64,000 nucleotides of DNA, from assembly GCA_041497195.1 (NCBI GenBank), contig JBGQGB010000001.1, positions 279,376-343,375 on the forward strand, in the 5' to 3' direction. Shown here piece after piece: positions 19,653-28,726 of the stretch; position 1 is the first letter of the stretch; each line of letters begins with the position of its first letter. The notes below the pieces were generated by a model. It was not told where the DNA came from. It worked only from the letters and a program-made list of their open reading frames with translations, and did not search any database. The stretch comes from Candidatus Doudnabacteria bacterium (GTDB taxonomy: Bacteria > Patescibacteriota > Doudnabacteria > UBA920 > 2-01-FULL-46-14). Position numbers and translations under genes: made by a program.

Positions 19653-19679
19653 GCTTTCATCCCTCTTGAAATTAAATTA
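19653..19679. promoter_or_regulatory. Degenerate CIRCE-like inverted repeat upstream of groES
   Basis: aaAGCACcC-aaacgcttc-AGTGCTttc: 6/9 matches in each arm to TTAGCACTC-N9-GAGTGCTAA with exact 9-nt spacer, ~175 nt upstream of groES start. Confidence 0.35.
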
Positions 19680-19699
19680 TAGGTGAATTGGCCGGCCTG

Positions 19700-20590
19700 T
19701 CAAGAGCGGGAAAACCCCTGCAACCGGTTTTGAAACCTGGCCAAAACCTTCTGGCCGCGGCTGCCGGGGTGAAACGACAGCTGCATGTCGGAAACAATAA
19801 TGTAATCCTGGAGCTTGATGCGCCGCTTTTGATAAACCCCGGCAATCCAGTTCAGGAGCGGTCCGATGGTAAAATCGAGGACCAATTCCAAAGGCCGCTG
19901 CAGCCGGCTAAACTTGAATTCAAAAAATGGGACCTGCTTTTGCAAAACCGGCTCGTGTAAAAACTCCCGCAACCACTCGTTCGTCTGCCAAAATTGCTGC
20001 ACGACTTCCTGCCCGAGCACTGGCAGCAGACTGGCGTACTCAATCGCGGTATAAAGATTTTTGTCCTGAGTAATGGTGGTGCCAGCGCATAAATAATGGT
20101 TTAGACAAAATCGATTCTGAATGTGCAAACTGTAGCGGCGCTGCCCCAAAACCTGAAAATAAAACGAAACGAGCAAACGCGCCAGCCAAATCCGGTTCTT
20201 TTGGGTAATCACAAACAAATCAATATCCGATTGGGTATTGCTATTCAGTAGCGCCTGCGAGCCGGACAAACTCACGGCCCGTAAATAGGGAAAAAAACGC
20301 AGCCAGTACAAAAATCGGCGGGCTTTGCGGAACCGGCGCAGGGAAATTTTGTAGCGCTCCTGGCGAATGCGCAATAGCTCCTGCCGACCACGCAAAAAAT
20401 AAAACCCGCTCTGCGAATCCACCATGTCCTTTAGCTCAGTCTCGAAAACGGACAGCAAAGTAGAGAAGGAAATGTCCTGGGGTAAATTTTTTGCCACCAG
20501 ATAGGCCCGGACCTCGGTCAAAGTGAGGGGAATGTCCTGGGCGTCAAAAAAGCTCAAAGTTTCGCGCGCACTCTCGGCCAACGGGGTCAT
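19700..20590 (-). CDS. Nucleotidyltransferase-domain protein (Pol-beta superfamily)
   Basis: 296 aa; GSQALLNSNTQSDIDLFVI = GS-x9-SDxD NTase signature after a ~100-aa N-terminal region. Confidence 0.5.
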   Translation of the reverse strand: MTPLAESARETLSFFDAQDIPLTLTEVRAYLVAKNLPQDISFSTLLSVFETELKDMVDSQSGFYFLRGRQELLRIRQERYKISLRRFRKARRFLYWLRFFPYLRAVSLSGSQALLNSNTQSDIDLFVITQKNRIWLARLLVSFYFQVLGQRRYSLHIQNRFCLNHYLCAGTTITQDKNLYTAIEYASLLPVLGQEVVQQFWQTNEWLREFLHEPVLQKQVPFFEFKFSRLQRPLELVLDFTIGPLLNWIAGVYQKRRIKLQDYIIVSDMQLSFHPGSRGQKVLARFQNRLQGFSRS

Positions 20591-20604
20591 GTCTGAAAAA
20601 AAAG

Positions 20605-20955
20605 TTAAGAACCTTGAAAACTACTGGCATCGATTTCTCTCCAATCATCTTCTGCCTCGTTCCACTGGTAGGCTTTGAGGGTGTAGACCAGATCAGTGTC
20701 GGAAAATTTGTATTCCACCCGGGCCGAGTCCCCTTGCCGGTGACTGAAATGAAATTTCTTCTCCTCCATCCGCGGTTTTTTCTGGAATTGCAGCTTGGTC
20801 CGGCCCAACGGGCTTTGAAAAATCAAATACTCTGCCTCGCCTTGCTTGACCTGACCGTCAGCAGTATCAACAATCAAATCCTCAACCCCCTGTTCTTCCG
20901 GAGCAAAATTGCGCTTTATCGTGGTTTTGATTTCTCCCCAACGCTCTAACGTCAT
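20605..20955 (-). CDS. Hypothetical acidic protein, co-operonic with the nucleotidyltransferase
   Basis: 116 aa, 14-nt gap to downstream NTase gene; no recognised motifs. Confidence 0.4.
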   Translation of the reverse strand: MTLERWGEIKTTIKRNFAPEEQGVEDLIVDTADGQVKQGEAEYLIFQSPLGRTKLQFQKKPRMEEKKFHFSHRQGDSARVEYKFSDTDLVYTLKAYQWNEAEDDWREIDASSFQGS

Positions 20956-20965
20956 AAATTTTTAT

Positions 20966-21880
20966 TTACTTCTGGCAGACCGGACAATACGACGAGGTCC
21001 GGCCGCCGAGCTTAATTTTTTCGATTTCACTGCCACAGACATAACAATACTCCCCATAGCGGCCGTAGACCATATGCTTCTTGCCAAAGGTCCCCTCCTG
21101 CCCGTCGATTTGGAAAAAATCCCCCACAGACGAACCACCACGCTTGATTGCTTCCTTCAAAACCTTGGGGATGTTTCTAAAAATTGCTTGCCAATCAGGA
21201 ATACTCAGAGACCGGACCCGGCGGTTCGGACGGATCTTGGCATAATACAAAATCTCATCTGAATAAATATTGCCGATGCCGGCGATCACCCGCGGCTCCA
21301 TCAAAAACTGCTTGATCGAAATACCTGGCCGCCTTTTGGCCTGAGTCTTCAGGTATTGCAGAGTAAAATCTTTGCCTAAAGGCTCAGGGCCATATTCGCG
21401 CAGCTCCCGCACTGAGGGCAGATCACTATCGCGCACCAGCCGCAAGTAGCCAAACTGCCGCATATCATTGAAGTAGAGTTGCGAGCCGTCCGTGAAAGCA
21501 AAAATCACGTGCGTGTATTTATGCGGCAGGCTCAGGCGCGCTGAGCTGTCTGTATTAAAGAGCTTGACCTGTTTCCGCTCGCCTGACGCGGCGAAAATCA
21601 GCTGGCCAGTCATTTTCAGATGTGCCAACAGAGTGTACGGCCCGGCCAAATCAATGATAAACATTTTCGCCCGCCGCTTGATGCTCTTGATCTTTTGCCC
21701 CTTCAGAAGCTTCTGAAAAAGCCCGAGTTTTTTTGTTCCACCACTTCTGATATTGCTCACCACGCCCGGCCCGATCGAAACCATTTTGGGCAGGCGCACT
21801 TGCACTGATCTGATAGTTTTTCCCAAGATAGTTCGCTCCAACCCTCGCTTCAAAGTTTCGACTTCTGGTAACTCCGGCAT
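20966..21880 (-). CDS. mutM: Formamidopyrimidine-DNA glycosylase / endonuclease VIII family
   Basis: Start at MPELPEVE (N-terminal Pro nucleophile motif); C-terminal zinc finger CYVCGSEIEKIKLGGRTSSYCPVCQ; ORF-track start further upstream is an extension. Confidence 0.85.
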   Translation of the reverse strand: MPELPEVETLKRGLERTILGKTIRSVQVRLPKMVSIGPGVVSNIRSGGTKKLGLFQKLLKGQKIKSIKRRAKMFIIDLAGPYTLLAHLKMTGQLIFAASGERKQVKLFNTDSSARLSLPHKYTHVIFAFTDGSQLYFNDMRQFGYLRLVRDSDLPSVRELREYGPEPLGKDFTLQYLKTQAKRRPGISIKQFLMEPRVIAGIGNIYSDEILYYAKIRPNRRVRSLSIPDWQAIFRNIPKVLKEAIKRGGSSVGDFFQIDGQEGTFGKKHMVYGRYGEYCYVCGSEIEKIKLGGRTSSYCPVCQK

Positions 21881-21976
21881 GTTTATCGTGGATAAGGGTA
21901 GTGAGTCGGCAAATCTTATGGTAAAATAATTATACCTTACTCTGCACATTATAAGCTACCTGCTCCCAACTAGTTT

Positions 21977-23485
21977 ATGGAATACCAAACCGTTTACGAC
22001 AATTTGAAACTTCACTATAAAAGCGAGCAGTTGAAGCTGTTTGAACGGGCGTATGAATTTGCCGCCAAAGCGCATGCCGGCCAGACCCGCAAATCCGGCG
22101 AGCCGTATATCACCCACTGCCTGGCAGTGGCCGACTACCTCGGCAACCACCTTCATATGGATGTCAATACTGTGGCGGCCGGACTGTTGCACGACATCAC
22201 CGAGGATACCTCCATAACTTTGATAGAAGTGCGGCGCAACTTTGGGGACCAAATCGCGTTCATGGTCGAGGGGATCAGCAAATTGGGGCAAATCAAACTG
22301 CGCAACCAGAAAGACGAAAACTACATCGAAACCTTACGCAAAATGTTTCTGGCCATGGCCGCGGACATCCGCGTAGTGCTCATCAAACTCGCCGACCGGC
22401 GCCACAACATGCTGACTCTGCAATACCTGCCGGCGGAGAAACAGGACCGGATTGCCCGGGAAACCATGGAAGTCTACGCCCCAATCGCGGACCGCCTCGG
22501 CATGGGCGAACTGAAAGGCGAACTCGAGGACCTGTCCTTTCCCATCATTTACCCAAAAGAGTTTGCCTGGCTGACGGACCAAGTCAAAGAGCGCTATGAG
22601 GAAATGAAAGCCTACGTCCAGCGGGTCCGGGAAATCATCATCAAAGATTTGCAGGAAACCCGGGTGCAATTTTTGGATATTAGCGGGCGCATAAAACATC
22701 TCTACAGCCTTTACCAAAAATTGCTACGGCCGAAATACGACCGGGATTTGAACAAAATCTACGATTTGGTGGCCTTGCGCATCATCACCAAGACCCTGGA
22801 AGATTGCTATACCTGCCTGGGCGCCCTGCACTCGAAATACCGCCCGCTCCCGGGACGGATCAAAGACTACATCGCCTTTCCCAAACCAAATGGGTACCGC
22901 AGCATCCATACCACCGTGTTCGGTCCGGAAAAACGCATCCTGGAGGTGCAAATTCGGACCAACGAAATGCACCAGGAAGCCGAATACGGGATCGCCGCCC
23001 ACTGGGCCTATTCGGAAAAAGGCAAACCCCGCCGCGGGGTGAAGGTCCAGCACGAGCAACTCGACTGGGTCAATCAGCTGCGCGACTGGCAAAAAGAAAT
23101 GGGCACGGATTCGGAAGAATTCTTTGAATCCCTCAAAATCGACTTTTTCAAAAACCGCATCTTCATCTTCACCCCCAAAGGCGATGTCAAAGACTTGCCA
23201 GAGGGAGCCACGCCTCTGGACTTTGCCTTTCTGGTCCACACCAATCTCGGCCTCAATGCCATGGGCGCGCGCGTGAACGACAAAATAGCCAAGCTCTCGG
23301 ACGAGCTGCAAAACGGCGATTTGGTGGAAATCATTACGGGCAAAGAACCGCGCGTGACGCGCGACTGGCTGCGGTTCGTCAAAACCTCCAATGCCCGTGG
23401 CAAAATCCGCGGCTATCTCAACAAACACCAAAAAGGCTGGCTCACCGGCCTGCTGCCGAAGATCCCGTTCATCAATAAGAAATAA
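21977..23485 (+). CDS. rel: Small bifunctional RelA/SpoT-homolog (p)ppGpp synthetase/hydrolase
   Basis: 502 aa; HD hydrolase motifs (HCLAVADYL, LHD), synthetase-domain motifs (ALHSKYRP..DYIAFPKPNGYRSIHT), TGS-like IFIFTPKGDV; lacks long C-terminal regulatory region. Confidence 0.85.
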   Translation: MEYQTVYDNLKLHYKSEQLKLFERAYEFAAKAHAGQTRKSGEPYITHCLAVADYLGNHLHMDVNTVAAGLLHDITEDTSITLIEVRRNFGDQIAFMVEGISKLGQIKLRNQKDENYIETLRKMFLAMAADIRVVLIKLADRRHNMLTLQYLPAEKQDRIARETMEVYAPIADRLGMGELKGELEDLSFPIIYPKEFAWLTDQVKERYEEMKAYVQRVREIIIKDLQETRVQFLDISGRIKHLYSLYQKLLRPKYDRDLNKIYDLVALRIITKTLEDCYTCLGALHSKYRPLPGRIKDYIAFPKPNGYRSIHTTVFGPEKRILEVQIRTNEMHQEAEYGIAAHWAYSEKGKPRRGVKVQHEQLDWVNQLRDWQKEMGTDSEEFFESLKIDFFKNRIFIFTPKGDVKDLPEGATPLDFAFLVHTNLGLNAMGARVNDKIAKLSDELQNGDLVEIITGKEPRVTRDWLRFVKTSNARGKIRGYLNKHQKGWLTGLLPKIPFINKK

Positions 23486-23513
23486 AAAACCGCCCCGTGA
23501 GGGCGGTTTTTTT
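23485..23513 (+). terminator. Rho-independent terminator of rel
   Basis: aaaaaaccgccccgtgagggcggttttttt. Confidence 0.75.
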
Positions 23514-23700
23514 CTGGGCTCTTTCTTGGAGCAGGAAGTTTCAAGGAGGAGATCACTCGTTTGGAGTGAAACTTGAATTTTCCTGCCCCGAGAAAGAGGA
23601 GGAAGAGTAGCGCTTGATGCGTCACTCTTCCTCGGAACACAATTACCTTGAGCCATCCGTCAGGACAGCTCCAGCCGATTTGCATCGGCTCAGCCAGGAT

Positions 23701-23943
23701 TTAGGCGCTAATGCAACCTCGCGCTATTCTCGCTGCGCAAAACAGGCAACTGCCTCTTTTGCCACCGTTGGCCTCCACCCAGGCCCACACTTCGTCATCG
23801 GTGGCTGGGCGACCATCAATTGCCCAGCGCTGTTCTGGCCTCGGACGGCGCGCTTCAAAAACTTGATATTGCACTGGGTGCTCTCGGCGGACTCGCAGCA
23901 TCGACTCATCGGAATCCAGCACGAATTGCTGTCGTACGTCCAT
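23701..23943 (-). CDS. Hypothetical small soluble protein preceded by conserved leader copy 1
   Basis: 80 aa; ATG preceded by GAGGAGGAAAAA; followed by hairpin terminator (ggaagagt-N15-actcttcc). Confidence 0.45.
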   Translation of the reverse strand: MDVRQQFVLDSDESMLRVRREHPVQYQVFEARRPRPEQRWAIDGRPATDDEVWAWVEANGGKRGSCLFCAARIARGCISA

Positions 23944-24040
23944 TTTTTCCTCCTCAAACTTTTGTCCCTGCCTTCCCTGTACGGATAAGGACTTACAAGG
24001 ACTCGCTGCAATCCCCTAAGGGCCTTTTGAAACTTTTTTC
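23944..24040 (-). promoter_or_regulatory. Conserved ~90-nt 5' leader, copy 1 (candidate cis-regulatory RNA)
   Basis: Near-identical to 24431-24530; ends in SD GAGGAGG; predicted hairpin GUCCUU-GUAAG-UCCUU-AUCCGUAC-AGGGA-AGGC-AGGGAC. Confidence 0.55.
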
Positions 24041-24086
24041 AAAGAACCAATTTTCAGACCGCGAATGATTCACGATCTGGAAAAAG

Positions 24087-24128
24087 GTGAGGAAGGCAGT
24101 CGCGAAGTGCATGCGACTGACCTTCCTC
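24087..24128 (-). terminator. Hairpin terminator after small membrane-protein gene
   Basis: gaggaaggcagtcgc-gaagtgcat-gcgactgaccttcctc (15-bp stem, one bulge) followed by T-rich run on minus strand. Confidence 0.55.
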
Positions 24129-24136
24129 ATTGATCT

Positions 24137-24430
24137 CTACAGCCTGCTGTGTACCAGCAGGAGCAAAATCCCGATGACATGGGCGACGAGGTACCCCCCC
24201 GCCATCCTATCTACCCTTGGATATCTTGTCCCGAAGTCCGAAAACCCAAAGGATTGTGACTGAGCCCAAACTCCGATGAGCCGGAACCCCGAAACCAGGG
24301 TGATAAAAGCCCACACACCGAAAAGTACACTCCCAAAGTCTCCGGTGTGGGCGTGGCAAAACAACCAAGCCCAGGCCACAAAAACTCCCACTCCAGCAAA
24401 ATAATAAGCAACTCGACTCTTCGGATTCAT
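24137..24430 (-). CDS. Hypothetical small membrane protein (3 TM) preceded by conserved leader copy 2
   Basis: 97 aa; MNPKSRVAYYFAGVGVFVAWAWLF...; ATG preceded by GAGGAGGAAGG. Confidence 0.5.
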   Translation of the reverse strand: MNPKSRVAYYFAGVGVFVAWAWLFCHAHTGDFGSVLFGVWAFITLVSGFRLIGVWAQSQSFGFSDFGTRYPRVDRMAGGYLVAHVIGILLLLVHSRL

Positions 24431-24530
24431 CCTTCCTCCTCAAACTTTTGTCCCTGCCTTCCCTGTACGGGTAAGGACTTAACAGGACGTGCTGCAATCC
24501 CCTAAGGGCCTTTCGAAACTTTTTCTTGCG
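24431..24530 (-). promoter_or_regulatory. Conserved ~90-nt 5' leader, copy 2
   Basis: ~90% identical to copy 1 over ~90 nt including region upstream of the SD. Confidence 0.55.
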
Positions 24531-25004
24531 GAAAGCGAACTGGATACTTTCTCTTTCGTGCAGCTGTTTCTAAATCAGCTTCCATGCATGGGATTCCGAA
24601 TTTGATCCGGAACGACTATAAATTGAAAATAACCAGATGGCTTTCCGCAAACACTGTCTATTCAGTTGTCAAAGTGCGCTCCTTATCGAAACTCCTCACT
24701 TTCGTTTCGGAGAAAATTGTATAGAGGATGCAAGTCAGCTCTGGAATGCAAAGGGCTAAAACTCCTGTTTTATAAATCCCTGATCCCCGAGCGGCCCTCC
24801 TCTACACAACTCTCTCCTCCAACTTCGCCTGCCTGTGGCAGGCTTCGCTGGACTATGAAAGAAACAAAAACCTCTCCTTGAGGAGAGGCAAAAAAACACT
24901 CTTGAACTACCCCCTACAGCCTTTCTCCTCAGAAAGCCTTGGGCACCAAATTTTCGTCTGCAAAAAAACAATCATTAGCTTAACGACCGAGTATATACCA
25001 AACA

Positions 25005-25031
25005 AAAAAGGCTCATTTTTGAGCCTTTTTT
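25005..25031 (-). terminator. Bidirectional terminator after ndk
   Basis: aaaaaaggctc-attttt-gagcctttttt. Confidence 0.7.
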
Positions 25032-25049
25032 AAGTAATTGTGCTAGTTT

Positions 25050-25646
25050 CTATTTCGGAAAAACTTCATCGTCAGTGCGCTGATAGTCATGCACGGTTTC
25101 GCGGCCAAACCAGTGCTCGATCTCATGCTGGGCTTCTTCTTCTGTTTCCGACGCATGGACCAGGTTGTAGACCGCGCGTTTCTCCCGGTTCGCGACCGCG
25201 GCTGAGTCCACGCTGAAATCTCCGCGAATCGTGCCAAGCATTGCTTCCGACGGCATGGTGTGGCCAGCCAATTTCCGGACCATGGCGACTGCATGCACTC
25301 CTCTGATCACCACTACCACCACTGGGCCGGACGTCATGAATTCCAAAAGCCATTTGCGCACTTGGGGGCCGATTTTTTCCGCTTTGTCCGTGCCCAGCTC
25401 TTTGATGGCGTCATAACCGTACTTCTGGTAAGTCGACAAAGTTTTTTCGCCCAGACGCGTAATCCATGCTTTGTCCTTGGGGTAATGATCGTCCACCTGC
25501 TTGAGTGATGGTTTCATCATCTTGAGGCCCACGACTTTGAGGCCGACCTGCTCAATCCGGCGGACAATCTCGCCGGTGAGCCCGCGGCGGACGCCATCTG
25601 GCTTGATCATCAAAAAAGTTGTTTCTTCGCGCGGATGCGTGGCCAT
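25050..25646 (-). CDS. ndk: Nucleoside diphosphate kinase with ~50-aa C-terminal extension
   Basis: 198 aa; TFLMIKPDGVRRGLTGEI..., active-site NLVHASE. Confidence 0.85.
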   Translation of the reverse strand: MATHPREETTFLMIKPDGVRRGLTGEIVRRIEQVGLKVVGLKMMKPSLKQVDDHYPKDKAWITRLGEKTLSTYQKYGYDAIKELGTDKAEKIGPQVRKWLLEFMTSGPVVVVVIRGVHAVAMVRKLAGHTMPSEAMLGTIRGDFSVDSAAVANREKRAVYNLVHASETEEEAQHEIEHWFGRETVHDYQRTDDEVFPK

Positions 25647-25650
25647 GGAT

Positions 25651-26325
25651 TTATTGTTGGAGAGTCGCTTTTTTAATTATCACTGGCTGCAAAGGTTTGT
25701 CTGTAGCCGGGTCGGTTTTGACCGCGGCAATCTGGTCCACGACGTCCATCCCCTCAGTGACTTGGCCGAACACCGTGTACTGATTGTCCAGTTGCGGCAG
25801 GTCCTGCAAGGCGACGTAGAACTGGCTGCCGGACGAATCGCGGTTGGGATTGACCTGATCAGAGAGCCTGGCCATGGCCACGGAGCCGCGCTTGTGCGGC
25901 AGCTTGATTTCCGCCGGGACCGTGTAGCCAGGCCCGCCGGTGCCGTCGCCTTTGGGATCGCCGCCCTGAATCACAAAACCGGGAACAATCCGGTGAAAAG
26001 TCAGACCATCATAAAATTTTTGGCCGACGAGTTTCTCAAAATTCGCCACTGTTCTCGGGGCGGCAGAGGCGTCGAGGGAAATCTTGATTTGGCCGAGACT
26101 GGTATCGAGGACCACGATGGATGAGTTGGAATTGTTGGCTGGCGTTGAACTAGCCGGTGACTGCTGGGTCAGTGATGCTGGCTGTAGTGATGCTAGCTGT
26201 CCGGTATCAGTGCTATAGGGATTTGTGTTGGCCGGGGCATGGCTCTTGAACATCCCGGAAAAAAATATGCCCCAGACCAGAGCGCCGGCTAACAAAACGA
26301 TTAAAACGATAACCCAATACTTCAT
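25651..26325 (-). CDS. Cyclophilin-type peptidyl-prolyl cis-trans isomerase, membrane-anchored
   Basis: 224 aa; N-terminal TM helix; [31 protein letters not shown] cyclophilin core. Confidence 0.85.
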   Translation of the reverse strand: MKYWVIVLIVLLAGALVWGIFFSGMFKSHAPANTNPYSTDTGQLASLQPASLTQQSPASSTPANNSNSSIVVLDTSLGQIKISLDASAAPRTVANFEKLVGQKFYDGLTFHRIVPGFVIQGGDPKGDGTGGPGYTVPAEIKLPHKRGSVAMARLSDQVNPNRDSSGSQFYVALQDLPQLDNQYTVFGQVTEGMDVVDQIAAVKTDPATDKPLQPVIIKKATLQQ

Positions 26326-26347
26326 AGATTAAACCTATTATTGCATA

Positions 26348-27238
26348 TTAGCGGGGCCCTTGCAACCCTCCTGACCGCGGCAAAAGCTCGACCCGTTCCG
26401 GAAAAAGCGCAAATGCAACATCGCCGTCCTGGTCTGTGCGCAGAACATGGGCTGGGTGGCGCCCCAAAACGTCGAGTGTTTCTGGAGCTGGCTCACTGGC
26501 AGAATTTTTGCCCACGGAAATCACACTGTAGTCCGGGTGGACCGCGGCCACAAAATCCTCGCCACTGGCGTGACTGGAGCCGTGCTGGGCCACTTTCAAA
26601 ATCTGCGCATCCACAGGCACCTGCCATTGCAGCAATTGGGTTTCCCCGTCCTTGTCCATATTGCTGGCAAACAGCACGTGCTGGTGACCAAAAGATACGC
26701 GACCGACTACTGACACACTGTTGACGTCAGCGGCGGGATCAGCGAAATTGGCAAACAGCGGAGCATATACGTCAAACGTCGTGGAATCGTCCAAATAAAT
26801 TCTCTGCCCCAAGCGCGGGGTGATGATGGGGATATGTTTTTTTGCCAGCAGCCGACGAAATTCATAATAGACGCTGGCACTGGAGCCTACGTCAGACAGC
26901 AACACCTGTTTGACCTCATAACGATTGAGGATGTCCACCAGGCCAGTGACATAGTCTGCCGAGGCGTGGGTCAAAACCAACAGTTCGATGCTGCGGTCTA
27001 AAAGCGGCATGGCCTGACCCAATTTTTCCACCACGGTTTTGTCAGGGCCGCCATCAATCAAGATATCGCTGCCGTGGATAGTGCGCAGATAAATAGCGTC
27101 TCCCTGCCCGACATTGAAAAAATACAAGCGGGCAAACCCCAACGGCCGCATTTGCCAGACGCCAAACCAAATCGCCAGGTTGGCCAAAAGCAAAAGTACC
27201 ACCACGTACCACACTCGGCTAAACTTTGATCCGGGCAT
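26348..27238 (-). CDS. ComEC C-terminal-type metallo-beta-lactamase-fold protein (separate ORF, own TM anchor)
   Basis: 296 aa; N-terminal TM VWYVVVLLLLANLAIWFGVW; FFNVGQGDAIYLRT...ILIDGG typical ComEC MBL start; metal motif reads LTHASADY (degenerate HxHxDH). Confidence 0.6.
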   Translation of the reverse strand: MPGSKFSRVWYVVVLLLLANLAIWFGVWQMRPLGFARLYFFNVGQGDAIYLRTIHGSDILIDGGPDKTVVEKLGQAMPLLDRSIELLVLTHASADYVTGLVDILNRYEVKQVLLSDVGSSASVYYEFRRLLAKKHIPIITPRLGQRIYLDDSTTFDVYAPLFANFADPAADVNSVSVVGRVSFGHQHVLFASNMDKDGETQLLQWQVPVDAQILKVAQHGSSHASGEDFVAAVHPDYSVISVGKNSASEPAPETLDVLGRHPAHVLRTDQDGDVAFALFPERVELLPRSGGLQGPR

Positions 27239-28721
27239 ACTCGAGATAATAGTGAAAATTCTTGTAATACCGATAAAGCCAAACGCCCAGCAGTATTAGC
27301 AGATAATAGATGGGCAGCGCCCACCAATGCATTTGCAGGGATAAAGCCGCAAACGGCAGGTGCGCGAAAAATTGGATAACGCGAATTTGAAACTCGAGAA
27401 ACACCCACGGCAAACTCGCCACCAGATGTCCCAAAGGCAAATAAACTATGCCGGCCAGTCCGGCCACAAAGGCCAAAAGCATGGTATAAGGAATGGTCCA
27501 GAGGATGAGAACATTCACCACAGGTGCGACGATGGAAATCCGATCAAAATAATAAATCAAAATGGGCAGGGTGAAAATCTGAGCCGCCAACGTAGAAGAA
27601 AGGTTGGTACGAAAGCCCAGGACATCAGGGACACGGGCAAACCATTTCTCAAACATCGGCGATAAATAAATGAGCCCCAGCGTCGCCAGAAAGGACAGTT
27701 GAAAACCGATGTCATGGCTCAAAATTTTAGGATTAGCCAGGACCATTATGGCAGCCACAAAAATCAAAGCATTCAGGGACTGGTAAAGCCTACCAAGATT
27801 GAGTGCGAGCACCACCAGCATACCCATGACCGCCGCGCGCACCACTGACGCATCCGCGCCGGTGAGGATGACAAAAGCCAACACCGTGGCCAGGGACAGC
27901 CAAAAGGCGACCCGCTTGCCCCACCACGCTCGGGTTTTCAAAAGATTTCTGGTGATGACCGAGATATTGTAACCGGAGATGACGACGATATGAGAGACCC
28001 CGGCCAAAACCAGGGCGGCTTGGAAATCCTGAGGCAGTGCTCGCTTGAGCCCCAGGATCAAGCCCAAAGCGAGAGCGCTATGCGGTTCGGGCAGGCTGGC
28101 GGACAAAACCTCGACAAATTTGCGCTTGATCGAAAGCAGAAAGGCTTTGACCGGATTGCCCTGTTTTACGGCCAATTTTTCAATCTTGGGAAATCGCACC
28201 ACAGCATAAGTATCAAACCGCGCCAAATAATTTTTGTAGGAAAAATCCGGGGTCTCAAACGGCTCTTCCAGTTTACCGGTAAATTGCAATTTGTCCCCGT
28301 ATTGATACTCCGGATATTTGGAGACATTCAAAAGCACGGCTCCCGTGTAACCCTCGACTCGCATGGTCAGATTGGTCTGCTTGTCGCGCACATCCGGCTC
28401 TTTCACCACGACCCCGGTCAACTCGACCTTTTGCCCAAACAGCCGGCCGACGAAATCGGGCCGATTCACAGGCGAGCTGGTTTTGAGGCGCACTGCCCCA
28501 GCTAGCAAGGTCAAGACCAGGCACGCGATGAGTAAAACTCTTTTGTTTTGCCAGGCCAGGGTCAACAAAATAATAAAAATCATGGCTGTTGCAGCCATGA
28601 CGTAATAATTCAGATATGGCCCCGAGAACACGCCGAGGAGAAAACTGAGACAAAACAAAAGGAATATTTTCGACTTGCCCAATTGCATACTGCCCTTCCC
28701 TTCAGAACAAAAGTCTTGCAA
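27219..28721 (-). CDS. comEC: ComEC/Rec2 competence channel membrane domain
   Basis: 500 aa polytopic; DUF4131-like N-terminal region then Competence-domain-like helices; overlaps downstream MBL ORF by 20 nt in another frame. Confidence 0.6.
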   Translation of the reverse strand: MQDFCSEGKGSMQLGKSKIFLLFCLSFLLGVFSGPYLNYYVMAATAMIFIILLTLAWQNKRVLLIACLVLTLLAGAVRLKTSSPVNRPDFVGRLFGQKVELTGVVVKEPDVRDKQTNLTMRVEGYTGAVLLNVSKYPEYQYGDKLQFTGKLEEPFETPDFSYKNYLARFDTYAVVRFPKIEKLAVKQGNPVKAFLLSIKRKFVEVLSASLPEPHSALALGLILGLKRALPQDFQAALVLAGVSHIVVISGYNISVITRNLLKTRAWWGKRVAFWLSLATVLAFVILTGADASVVRAAVMGMLVVLALNLGRLYQSLNALIFVAAIMVLANPKILSHDIGFQLSFLATLGLIYLSPMFEKWFARVPDVLGFRTNLSSTLAAQIFTLPILIYYFDRISIVAPVVNVLILWTIPYTMLLAFVAGLAGIVYLPLGHLVASLPWVFLEFQIRVIQFFAHLPFAALSLQMHWWALPIYYLLILLGVWLYRYYKNFHYYLEYARIKV

Positions 28722-28726
28722 AATTG

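Noticed and set aside
19700-20590. CBASS CD-NTase interpretation of the nucleotidyltransferase
   Set aside because: The GS-x9-SDxD motif is shared by many NTase families. There is no effector-like partner, Cap genes or other defence context, so a CBASS call is not supportable.
23724-24497. ORFs 23724..24011 and 24207..24497 (-) sharing an N-terminal peptide MQ[RH]VL.SPYPYREGRDKSLRRK
   Set aside because: Both use TTG starts, are R/C/W-rich, and the shared peptide is encoded by the repeated leader itself. I favour an RNA leader followed by an SD+ATG gene. A conserved-peptide alternative is not fully excluded.
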